Made by a program: the position numbers and the translations under genes. A DNA stretch of 63,894 bases, filler included, from Collodictyon triciliatum (taxonomy: Eukaryota): the NCBI GenBank assembly GCA_043381765.1. It is 3 parts of 3 records of this genome, joined end to end, with 100 filler letters (N's around TTAATTAATTAA, not from the genome) between each part and the next. Parts side by side here need not be neighbours in the genome. Positions count along the whole stretch, not along the records: positions 1 to 21,269 come from JBHJMP010001194.1; 2 more parts are not named here. One strand, written 5' to 3'. This document shows, piece by piece, positions 1 through 11,244 of this stretch (positions are counted from its first letter, which is position 1; every line of letters begins with the position of its first letter). Under the pieces are notes generated by a model. The model was not told the DNA's origin, made no database searches, and worked only from the letters and a program-made list of their open reading frames with translations.

Positions 1-146
1 CAGCTCGCTATCACTGATTTCTTTCCGGTGCTAGCCTCTCCACGGTAGTGTCTTCTCCTACTCGCGTTTGCTCTCTCCCATGCGCTCCCATCCCGCCCCA
101 TTGTATGGCATAACCTCGCTACACTTTGAATCGAATAAAGGAAAAA
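1..146 (+). mobile_element. 3' end of L1/Tx1-like non-LTR retrotransposon (copy 1, runs off window start)
   Basis: Near-identical to the 3' ends of copies at 8705-9122, 42703-43360 and 55531-56017; ends ...actttgaatcgaataaagg plus A tract. Confidence 0.85.
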
Positions 147-345
147 TTAAGGATCGCGCCAGTCCTCTAACGTTCATCCTGTAGTTTTTAACCGAGCACC
201 AGGTTTAATTTGGTATTAATTCCATTTATTACTTACTAGAAAGGGTATAGCAATCTTTCGATTGGTAAACCCAGTGCGCTAGTATCCAAGGTCTCACCAC
301 TTTTTTCACAAAGATTGTGTAATGGTGAAGACTTTCAGGAAAGAC
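147..345 (-). ncRNA. Putative Fanzor omegaRNA scaffold / element right end
   Basis: Lies directly 3' of the Fanzor ORF on the minus strand. Nested stems (plus coordinates): tactag 234-239/ctagta 279-284 enclosing gggt/accc and caatc 251-255/gattg 260-264 (GAAA loop on the minus strand); tcacca 294-299/tggtga 323-328 enclosing cacaa/ttgtg; terminal agga/tcct stem at 150-166. Confidence 0.6.
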
Positions 346-2237
346 CTAACAGCCTGTTTTTTTAGGGAAGGTGTATGCATATTTTGAAGGATAAAAGAAC
401 TTTCTTGAGTATATTTTTATGCTGTTAGAGTCCCTTGTCAAGAATACACTTTGTTTGCTTTCTGAGCGGCTGCATTCTTTACATATGAGACATCTATACA
501 TTTTTTTGTGTTTCCTTTCGGTGTCATATATTCCAGATCTTTTTCGCAGATACAGCACATCTTGGAGGTTCTTAATTCATATACACTAACTGTTTCAAAA
601 CGTTTGGATGGGATTTTTCGTAATCCTCTTCGGATTGTTGGCATAAAATGTTTCATCTGACATTTTCTGCTCCGGTCTCCATACGCCAGTACAACATCCT
701 TGTGAAATGTCTTTTCGATTCGGTCCAAAAACAATTGTTCACTACTTTTTGTATTAACATACTGTCTCTATACCATCTTTCGAAAAGTTACGCGTTCATA
801 AAATCTGGATAAATCTACCTGGTATCATGGTTTCATAGAGATACATATTTTCGATTTTTTTCATAATCGACCGTGCATGAGTTATGTTTACTCAGTCCTG
901 TCTCTTAATCGATTAAAAATACTCTTGATACCTCAAACCGCTGATTCACTTCAAAAGTCATGGGATCAAAAGAAACATCACTTTGTAAATATGTTTCCAT
1001 GCATATCCCTAAACATCGTACTTCTTTTTTCACGCGCAAAAGTATTTTGTGATTTTTAAGAGATTTGCTATCATGTCTTGTTTGGTGTGCCGTGTAGCGT
1101 ATTTCTTACCTGTCTCATCCACCATGTAAACCATATTAAACTTTCCTGCGTCCACTTCTACTATTTTTTTTGTCGCTAATAAAGATAACTGCTCATCGGA
1201 AAGCTCATATATAAACATATTCTTGGTTCTTTTAGTTTATTTGAATTTTGAATTTGAAAAACCTTTCTTTTCAAACAATAATGACACCGCCAAGCCGTCT
1301 GCTTGTATCGTGTATTTAAAATTGTAGTCTCTTTGACCAAAATCCTCTTCTTCATTTCAAAGAACTTTTCCCTTAGAGTCTCTTTGCATCCTGATATATT
1401 CTTCATTAATGATTTTTTTCTAGTTGATACTAATAGACCTATCAAACATGCAGTATCTAGAGTTATATGACATCGTATATTGTTAGCTCTTGTAGAGATT
1501 GGTTGTAACAGTTTGGCTCTAATGTCCTCAAAAATGCGATTCATGTAAATCAGACATGGAATGCACTTGTTTGGGTTGACTTTGATGTCATATTCGATAC
1601 TTTTTACAATATCTCTGGGAATGATACGATTCAAATGTATTTTAGCCCTTCTTGATATTGTTACGGAATGTCGAGTTTCTTGAAGATGACTTCTTTTTTA
1701 ACTTTCGTAACTGTGCCTTTTTTAATAGCTTCCGTAATATTCTCATCTTTAGGAACTGTTTGATTTATAAAACGCAGGAACCTTTTTACATGATGCTCCT
1801 TAATGTTACTATGATGAGCTGTGAACATTTGCTTTGCCTAGTACGGTAATACATGAGACAGTCCAACCAACGGGGAGCGTTCTTCTTGGGACAAAAGGAA
1901 TCGAAAATCATAGAGATAAACAGTCATCATGTCTTAGCTCATTTCTGTTCTTTTAATTTTGCAGGTCTATATTGTGAAACAATTCCGACTGTCTTTAAAG
2001 CGTACGAAAAAAAACAAAAAACATTTGATTGATTGTTGGGAGTTGTGATTTCAATATGTAACATCTTGCAAACAAATAAGTGTCGGTAACCAAATTATGA
2101 TACAATAAAACCGAATCGTTGATTTTGTCATAGCCATCCGCATTCTTTACAATCGACTTTAGAGATGTTTTCACATTTCGATATTCTGGTTTTACAGACT
2201 TTAGATTCTCAGACTCAAGACGTTATATTTTCTTCAT
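346..2237 (-). pseudogene. Fanzor1 (TnpB/Cas12-related RNA-guided endonuclease), frameshifted and stop-interrupted
   Basis: Stitched minus-strand frames give YRNVKTSLKSIVK...KINDSV...VTDTYLFARCYIL, YDIKVNPNK..LIYMN, HITLDT, YNFKYTIQADGLAVSLLF (~1275-1330), RuvC-I VEVDAGK, YGDRS, RuvC-II VSVYELRTSKMCCIC, CLICKEC and RuvC-III LTRDSNS. Motif order matches Fanzor1 proteins of eukaryotes and giant viruses. Confidence 0.85.
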
Positions 2238-2945
2238 CTGAAAGTCTTTGTTTTACTTTTCCTTTAGAAATCCACCGAGTTCTCAATTTAATAAAACTTT
2301 AGACAATCAGTCAATTTAAATAAAAAAAAAAACTGCACAAAATCAATTCAGGTAAAATTAAGCATCTACCGAGACTTTCAAAATGTGTGCATTGTGGAAA
2401 ATAAACACACCAAGCTTTTTTTTACAGATGATTTGAGACAAAACGCTGAGAGCCGATTCGGCGAGTTCAAATGGGCGGCCGTATAGCCATTGCGACTGAA
2501 AGTCAACATATCAGCCGCAGACAACATGATTACCGCCGCAAGTGTGGATAATATGCTTTTTTAATATGCATGTTTGGTGGCAATTTATAGGGTGGGCTCT
2601 GTCTGGGCCAAGACAAGGGCTTGTTTGTCATTTTTTGAATTATTACAGGAATGGAAAATAAAATATAAATTGATTATAGGAATGTAATGAGATTTTTTAA
2701 GTATCTTTAACCTTATCATATACTGATTATACTATTATATTATTCAGGTTGTTTCTTGGATTCATCAAAGCTCCTGCTTTTGTCAAACCAGATTTAATTT
2801 GATGGTTGTCTGTGCAATAAACTGTTATATATATGGGTACACTTTTGTTGTATGAAAAGTGTTGTGTATTGAAAGGGATAAAACCAAGTTCGTCACAACC
2901 TTTGTAATAAAGTTAATCCATTTACTGGCTGAATGAGACCGAAGG

Positions 2946-3030
2946 AAAGAAAAAGAAAAAGAAAAAGAAAAAGAAAAAGAAAAAGAAAAAGAAAAAGAAA
3001 AAGAAAAAGAAAAGTAAAAGTAAAAAGAAA
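2946..3030. repeat. (GAAAAA)n microsatellite
   Basis: Direct reading. Confidence 0.95.
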
Positions 3031-3701
3031 CGGACGAATGAATCAGAGCAACTAATACTGAGCAATATATTCATACTTATTTTGCTGCGCGTGGGCCAAT
3101 TGCTTGAATTTGACCGTCTTTTTTTATTCCAGCTTTTGAGTATTATTATTATTATTTGTTTCAAAGAGCTCGCTCCATCTTATTAGTAGCTTGTTGTACT
3201 CACAGGTCGGTGGCAGCTGGTGTCTTGATCGTCGGTGTGACTCGGTGCATAACCTGTGTTGTAAAGGGACGTGGTCAAGTGACCTTTTCGCTCTGGGTTG
3301 GCTGTGTCGGCCTTCTCGGTTTGTGTACACTCAGTAGGCGTTCCACGGTTCAGGGTTGTGGCGTTGGTCTCTTGTTGGCTGTCTCTCGTCCTTCTCAGGA
3401 TCCCTCTTTCCGATCGCTTGCTTGTTTTTTGTTTTTATAGTTTTTTCGGCATCGGGATGCGGTGGGTTGGGAGAAGAAGGAAAGGACGCCAGTGTAATAA
3501 TATTATTTTCTGGAGGTGTCTCCTTTATTTCTCTGTGTCTTTTTTCAATGCTCTCAAGTCTGTCTCTCTCTGTCTGATCACCACATTTATCCACATTGTG
3601 AGGTACAGAATAGGTAAACTTTGGGAATTTCTATTGTTGCAAACAAACATGGAAGGAAACAAACCCGAGTATATATGTACACTTCCGTTGACTCAATTAC
3701 T

Positions 3702-6700
3702 TTATTTATTTGCTGGTAAAACTTCACGCTTTTCATCAACAAACTGTTCGATTTCCTCCACAACCTCGATGAGTTGTGTTGTTGCCTTCTTTCCATGATA
3801 CTCGGCCCGAATGCTGGCAAGTTCCTGAATCTGTGCGTGTTGGTAAGGGGATTTAGTAGAGTGGTTGGTTCTCAGGAAAACAAGGCATGGTATAGAACAA
3901 AGCAAAAGAGCTTTGGTTGTCGAATGAGATGCATGGGTTTCTGCGATATCTATTTACCTCTTGTTTCTTGCCTTGGATATAATCCAACCATTCCTTTCTG
4001 AGCTGCTGGCGCTCTTGGTCTTTGCTGGCTTGGAACTCATACATGATGGTGTCATCCACCTCCTTGTACTTTCTGGTCAAGTTCTTCAAGTCCCTCTCAA
4101 CAGTCTGTTTATTAATGTTAATAATTGTGGCGATTTCACGAGTGTTATCAAGCTGACAACAAAATGAAAATATAGAATCATGGAGCTGAAGAAAACACGT
4201 AAAACGTTTCCGATGTCTTTTTTTAAAACACATCCATAGGAAATTGAGAATATGTGATAATAGTTGCAACTGCGTCACCTTTTCTTGCTCGGGTGTCAAC
4301 GATGATGGGGGACGAGGTCTCCAGAGGAACTGCTCAAGCCTTTCTTTGACATTGTTCGAGATGAGCTGCCCAGTGACGCTGTAGATGTTAAATGCGTTTT
4401 CGGTCTGCGTCGGGTGTGTAAAAAAAAAAAAAAGAGAGAGAGAGATTGAATCGGCAAGAATGATAGACACATGCAATATAGATCAACAAGCACAGATATA
4501 AGTGATCTAGAATCGGTAGATCAACTTTCTTACAGCGCCCAACAAGTCGTCATTTAGGTCAACAGCCATGGGTTAAATCTTAGAAACAAATAAATGATAG
4601 ATGAATGATTACTGTGGATTTGAACTTCGTGACAACGGTGGCAAAGTAGCGGCCACTGAAATCCCAACCGATGACCGATGATTTCATATGCTCTTGGGTG
4701 CCCAGTATTTCATATGTGTTGGTCTATCCAATCATTTGAATATCAGCTGAACAGTGCGTGCTTTTTTTTTTTTTACAAAAGAAAAAAAGAAGAGAAAAAA
4801 GACTGGGCAAGGCAACTTTCCTCCATCTTCAAACCACAAAAATATTAATATTATCAATACATGGTAAATAATCATATGTTTGACAGGAACTTACATCGAT
4901 AAATTCATAGGCTCCATTCGGACCGCTGGCACCAGAGAGCACAAACACGGCAATAGGGCATTTCGGAGACCAGAATATTTGGCTAACACATTTCTTTTCA
5001 AAGGTTTCTTGAATGAAAAATAAAAGGAAAGGGATGGGGAAAGGAAAATGTGAATATATACTTTAGAGAGAAGCATAGTATTGACGCGTCTGCTGCATGC
5101 ATAATTATGATTGAAATATCAAAGCGATTCACTCACTGGCGATCTTTAGCTGCTTCTCGGCAACCTCGTATATAGCCAGATCCGGTTTCTGGGAGTCTCC
5201 GCTAGCAATAGCAAAGAATTTTGACTGTGCGTTGGGTATAGAGTGAGAGGTGGTACATCTTTCTTACCAATACTGTAAATCAGAAAGTGGCTACAATCAT
5301 CACGAAAGATAATTATCTGTGTAGTTTGGTAGAACTTGATAAATATGAAGTGAAACCTTCGGCTTCCATGAAAAATGTGTGACGACACTCTTGACCTCGA
5401 ATGTTTCGTTGGGGATGGACTTTTCACGCATACGGAAGATTTCAATTCTGTGAACGAATGCAACTATAAATACACGCTTTTTCATCGAGTTGCCTCCCAT
5501 AGAGACGAAAGTACTGTTATGTATTGATTAGCTGCTTACTGAGAGTTGATGACATTTTTCTGCTTGTTTTTCTCGACAATCACGGAAAGGAAATCTCCTT
5601 TATCATGCCATACCATTTTAAGCTAACACAGAACCAGAGTTAGAACTATAAAATGCTTCCATTCTTTTTTATGGAAAGGTTGTGACATAGTGCCAATATC
5701 TTACAGATTTGATTCCAATGGCACTCTTCTGCTTCATCTCGGCCTTTGTTATTGGGTTTACTATGACCAATCTGGCCGGGATTTGTCCCTGGTATTTGTG
5801 TGATCAATAATCTGCAAATTCTAAGTTCGATTTGCAGGATATAAAATTGTCATGTTTATGTTCAGCTTCTGAGTGGAAATAAAAACCCTTTCAGCCATCC
5901 AATATGCCAGGATGTTTTCGGTAGGAGACCAAGAGAAATCCTGAATGCTGGTGACCACAAAGCCCTCCTACATTTGCAGTGGACCCCATATTAACACAAG
6001 TGAAGTAAATTTGGTGGAAATCCTGAGATGAACCTTATCTATCCTGGTCATTGTGGATGACTGGAAGATATCGAGACTGGACTTTTCGCGATCAATTCGA
6101 GCAAAGTGTGCGCCGTCGAAACTCCACTTGAATGATGGCCAGACGTCCTTCTCACCAAGGAAACTACGGAGCTTTCTACCTGAAGAATAATAAACTCTTC
6201 CTTGAGTTTTACTTTTTTTTTTTTGGATTAGGTTGCACAATTCTCGGGGTGAATAAAAGGAAGGGTGAGCTGATAATGTCAAATAAATAGGGCAACCTGT
6301 CAGCACATCCCAAAAAATGACAGAATGAGGGTCACGCGGGTTATCCTTTTCAATATAGCAATATGTCATCAGATATCTGTATTATGATTAATTTAGTAAC
6401 CACTCTTTGCTGGAGAATAAGTTCAACCCCACATCAATAAAGATAATATGATATATAGAACGGGTATCCGATCCGATGAGGTACACATGAAATAGATATG
6501 TATGGCTACCCCTACTTTTCACATGGAGAAAACTGAGCGAAGCGCACATTAGGATGTTGGAAGCGGATGAGTTCTGTCCATGTGGTTCCTTCCCAAGCGA
6601 TAATTCCTTGGCGATGGAAGGTGATCAGATAAGTTCCTCGGGGAGACCATTCGACATGGTCATCGGTCCAGTTCTAAGTTACGATAGCATCTCATTATTA

Positions 6701-7519
6701 GTGAAATAAGCCATACTGAATTCTTTTTTTAGTCTTGCAGTTTACAAATAAAAAAATCAAGCCCATTTCCCAGACATGTAGGTCAATTGCATTTGTTTTT
6801 TCAGGGTATATCTTAAGGGGCGTACGTCTCGTGAGTAGATCTTTTCATGATCGACAAGAGAATCATGCCACATGATGCTTGTAGAAAGGCCGTGTCTGGT
6901 CACGTATTGGTCGCGCCCACGTGAGTCCAAAAGGTATGCAGCAGGGTTAGGCCGTTCTTTGTATGACTTCACCTCGGGCGGCACGTACTGGTCGGTGACC
7001 TTGCTGATTCGCGAAAGGTCGCTCCACAGGTACACGCGGAAAGTGTGGTTTTTGTCGAGCTTAAAGTTGTTGAGCTTCTCAACGAGTTCGTTTGCAGCCT
7101 GAGCGTTTTGCAGGTGGACGAAGGCGTACCTGTGTGAAGTTTTATGCGCATCAAAAAAGAAAAAAAAAGGGGGAGCTTACATATTACCCAAGTAAATAAA
7201 GAAAATAACGCTGTATTGAGAATTGGGATACATAAATAGATGATAGAGGGACACGTTTGAAGAAAGAAAGAAAAAAGGCAAACCCTTTTGTGCCTCCAGA
7301 CGCGTCTGCAGGAAGGACAAAGCCATGAATGCCGAGGGGAAGAGGAGCTATTTTACTCAGCAGAACAGACTTCAGTTTCTCATACTTGGAGGCGTCGATG
7401 CAGGGGATGTTGAGGATCACAACAAACTCGGCAAAGCCCTTTTCGATGGTGATGCTGAGATCTTGGTACTTTGCGACTTCGGGCGAGTCGAGGAAGTCTT
7501 GCAGAGTTTTTTTCTCCAT
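3702..7519 (-). CDS. EIF3B: Translation initiation factor 3 subunit B, multi-exon
   Basis: N-terminal RRM (VVILNIP...EKLKSVL...GTKG|YAFV...LNNFKLDKNHTFRV), propeller motifs WSPRGTYL, WPSFKWS and FSWSPTENILAYW, then FLWRPRPPSSLT and C-terminal EVVEEIE...*; GT-AG introns. Confidence 0.95.
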
Positions 7520-7678
7520 CGTTTATCTGCTCAGCGTGACCTCTGTTTGGACTGGTTTAGTTACTTCACAGGGAGAGTTGGCAAGAAGCGCACTAAGCGA
7601 AATCATGGGGTTGTACTTTGGGCCCTGCAGAGTATCGCCAGCGATCGGCCAACCCCGTTCCTCACCTGAAAGTGCCTA

Positions 7679-8613
7679 ATGATCATAGTGCGTGCAGCCT
7701 CGCCAACACAACTCTTTGACACAATAAAAACCCATCTACTTTCTCACACCTCCTCTGCCCCCGCTCCCTCGCCTTTCGCAGAACGATCTGGTATCGATAG
7801 CACGGAGGAAAATAAAAAAAATCAGACCACATTTACACCGTACTTATTTATCAGTAATATAGATATGGTGCTAATTCGTGCATTTCAAAAATTCAAAATT
7901 ACAAATCAATTGCAATTGGATCTCCCTCGAACACTCAAAACAAACTCGTTCGCTCACAAAGAGAAGGTTTCAATCTGCGTTTTGCAAACACAGATGACAG
8001 GCAACAACAAAAGAACAGAGTAACAGTCAAGAAGCCGCTCGGTCCCACCTCCATGGATACGCAAATCGGCCGAATGGTCTGAAACAAGCACCCTGCGGCT
8101 TCGACAACAGCTGAAGCAGATCGACCTTGGGAAGAAAACACCCGAGTATCAATCCTACGTCGGCCTTGTGGACAGGTTTGTCCAAGTCATCTTGTTTGCA
8201 CACTCTACTATTTTCCCTCTATTCAAAAGACAAGACTTTTATTGTTATGACTACGAAATCCCTTTTTTTTTGTTCTTTGTTTTTATTTCATTAATGCAAT
8301 CGCTGCAAAAATTTAAACTATCGACGGTCTATACAATTGTGACCATAAAACCTCGTGCTTATCTGTATAATTCTTGGACTTTGTTAAAAAAATCACCTCT
8401 CTTCAAAGAGAAAAAAGGAGGTGGCAGCATCCGTGGACGCCCAATCCAAAACACGGCTGCAGTAAACGCGCATGGGACGGACAGATTCGAGCCTGGCGGA
8501 GACTTCTTCACAAATATGACCCTGTTAAAGAGGTCGAAACAAATGCACTCAGCGCAGAACCCGACACATCTTCCATCCAAACCAAAGAGAAAGCAGACCT
8601 AACCCCTAGCTGA
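7679..8613 (+). CDS. SLBP: Histone RNA stem-loop binding protein (SLBP-like), spliced; start uncertain
   Basis: Exon 8027-8175 encodes ETSTLRLRQQLKQIDLGKKTPEYQSYV; it splices GT-AG to exon ~8409-8613 encoding HPWTPNPKHGCSKRAWDGQIRAWRRLLHKYDP. Together these match the SLBP RNA-binding domain (RQKQI.YGK.T..Y..Y / HP.TP....SRR.WD..I..W...LH..DP). Confidence 0.85.
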
Positions 8614-8704
8614 TTTAGGGACTTTTCTCAGGAACACATCATTATTTTGTTCATAAAGTGTTAAATGCACAAAACAAGGAGCCTTCAAGAAGAAACATTT
8701 GCTA

Positions 8705-9122
8705 GGGAACATGTCCTGTGGTTCTTATGGAGTGTGCGTGCATTCTCTCGCTCTAATGATTCGCCCGAACGAGAAATCAATGTATCCAGGCTGGAAAGTC
8801 TCGCAGATTACAGCTTCCTGAACGGCCTGCTGAAACACGCCCGCATTCTTCGCTACTCTGACCGCAAGCGAAGAGTGATTTGGGAGTGTGTCGTGCGATA
8901 TCTCCCACAGCACATCCAACCCCTGCTACCCACGCAACCAATCAATCAGTTGGGACGCCCACCTGACCAACTCGCTATCACTGACTTCTTTCCAGTGCTA
9001 CCTCTCCAGTAGTGTCTTCTCCTACTCGCGTTCACTCTACGTTACGCACCTATTCCGTTCCCTTTGTTGGTATAACCCTGATACGCTTTTAATCAAATAA
9101 AGGAAAGAAAAAGAAAAAGAAA
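8705..9122 (+). mobile_element. 5'-truncated LINE copy with degenerate 18-bp TSD
   Basis: Encodes LWFLWSVRAF..NDSPEREINVSRLESL...DRKRR shared with other copies; flanked by aagaagaaacatttgcta (8687-8704) and aagaggaaacattcacta (9123-9140), 15/18 identical. Confidence 0.85.
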
Positions 9123-9183
9123 AAGAGGAAACATTCACTATGTCCCAGTTCATATCAAATGGAATAAACCAAATACCAAGACT

Positions 9184-9209
9184 CTTTGAATCGAATAAAG
9201 GGGGAAAAA
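9184..9209 (+). mobile_element. 26-bp LINE 3' stub with perfect 18-bp TSD
   Basis: ctttgaatcgaataaagggggaaaaa flanked by aaaccaaataccaagact at 9166-9183 and 9210-9227. Confidence 0.85.
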
Positions 9210-9371
9210 AAACCAAATACCAAGACTGGCAAAGCGATTAAGAAATGTTCATCGGATATAGATGTCTTGCAGGATAGTAAAAAAACAAAGTTGGCGGCTC
9301 AGTAGGCTTCTTCCTTTGCTGGGCCATTAGGAGTTTATAACTCTCGTTGAAATTGGTTGGTGATTGAGAAG

Positions 9372-11244
9372 CTAAAGCCTAGGCAAGGATACGAACCCAA
9401 GCTCACTCTCTCGGAGAAGTTTGGATGCATGGTTGTACATCTCCTTCTTCAGCGCACCCAGCGTAACTCGGTTAACAGCTTTGGTTGAAATCTTCTCTCC
9501 TAGTTCCAAGCACTGAATGATTTGAAGTAAAAATAAAAAAAAAAGAGAAGAGAATCAGTTTTTTTTCAGTTTCTCAGCACTGGGTTGGACGTAAACATAG
9601 CAAGGGCAAAAAAGCTGTGAAGTCTAGTTAGAAAAAGGGACAGAAGGCGATTCGAGAACAAAAAAAAAAAAAAAAAAGTTTCACAAAAGGAGCCACCTTG
9701 ACCAGCAATTCTCCGAGCGGATATACACCGTCAATTAATTTATTCCCAAGAAGCTCTTTTGCGCCATATTTTTGGCCAAGGAGAATCGAATCTCTCAAAA
9801 CTGGCTGCGGCATCTTTGCACTGTTATAAAATGACTTCAGTTGGAATATATTTCAGATAGTATTACATATGCCTTTTACAATAATTTAACGATAAGATAA
9901 AATAACATAACAGAATAAAAATAAAAGGTTGGTAGAAAAATGTGAATTGTATCATTATAGCTTTTGAATTGAGTTTTTTTTTCTCCTATACTGTCCCTCA
10001 TATTAATTTGAAAAATATGTACAAGGACGGAATTTTATGCTTGAAACACTTTATATAATTACGCATAAGAAGCCGTATGACATTACTACCTTATAAGGGC
10101 CATCATTCCAGGAGTGACTTGATATGAGATTACAAAGATAAGTAATATGCTTATGCTCAAATATTCCAGTAAAAAAAACACTTACACATATTTAAATAAA
10201 TACTTGGAAAAATACAGCAAAAAATCTTACGTGGTGCATTTATGTCAATTTCTGGAAGGCAAAAAAAACCTCTATCTTCTCTCATGAAACCTAGGAAGAG
10301 TGCATTTACATATGTATATATTTTCTGTAGTTTTGGTGGATAGGTGATTAAAAGTAAACAACAAAAACAACAAAAACAACAAAAACAACAAAAACAACAA
10401 AAACAACAAAAACAACAACAATAACATAAAATAAAAGTGACAGAGAACGTGTGCGGACCATTTTGTATGCACAAACGAAATATTTGGATGAAAAAATAAC
10501 CCCCCGATTACATCTTCATCCTAGCAGTCATATAGTTCAAACGTGTATATATGAATACAATTCAAAAGAGAGAAAGACTCACGAAAATCACATGCCAGTG
10601 CTAGCATGGCACCTCCAGCGTATACGTGGCCGTTTATCGCTGCAATCGTGAGAACGGGAAGTGTCAGGACGCGATTGAGGAGATGATGGAACCCACGAAA
10701 AAATGACTCAGATTTCTCAATATTTTCAGACAGCCACGCCAAGTCCAATCCATTAGAAAAGAATTTGTCTTCGCCGGTGATGATGAGAGCTGCGGCTCCT
10801 TCAGACCTGGGGTTGCGTATGATTTTTGCAGAAAATGAATTGAATGGGGGTGTTCTTCGTTAAAATGGCACTATGCGTGCTAAAGAGCTCATGAATGTAA
10901 AAATATCCTGCGAAAAGGAAGTTACTGAGATAGGAAAAGATTAATAGGGGAAATCAGACGAAAATTTTAATGCGATGGTCATGTATGATTTACTTCTCAA
11001 CTTCGTCCAATGCAGTATTGAATTGATGAATAAACTCTTCGTTAAACCGATTCTCCCCATCTATAGCCAATGGAAAATAAAGCCAGATGAAGAGTCATGC
11101 AGGCCCTACTCACATGTTCGAAATCGCCCTTGTGTGTGTTTTCTGGCAAAGCCAACATCATATAAGTAGTACTATGGGATACTTGCCTCGCATCTGGAGG
11201 ATGAAGACGTCGTGCTTCCGTCCTATGTAGATCTTCCCTTTCAT
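9372..11244 (-). CDS. Enoyl-CoA delta isomerase (crotonase fold), probably peroxisomal, multi-exon
   Basis: Exons MKGKIYIGRKHDVFILQMR, DGENRFNEEF...ALDEVE, KFFSNGLDL...PVLTIAAINGHVYAGGAMLALACDF, MREDRGFFCLPEIDI and KYGAKELL...LIDGV; ends ...SLPRL* (PTS1-like). Confidence 0.88.
10358..10422. repeat. (CAAAAACAA)n intronic repeat
   Basis: Direct reading; lies within an intron of the isomerase gene. Confidence 0.9.

Noticed and set aside
346-2237. Active Fanzor, or bacterial IS200/IS605/IS607 contamination
   Set aside because: There are several frameshifts and stops, no TnpA is seen, the N-terminal motifs are Fanzor1-like, and the sequence is contiguous with intron-containing genes.
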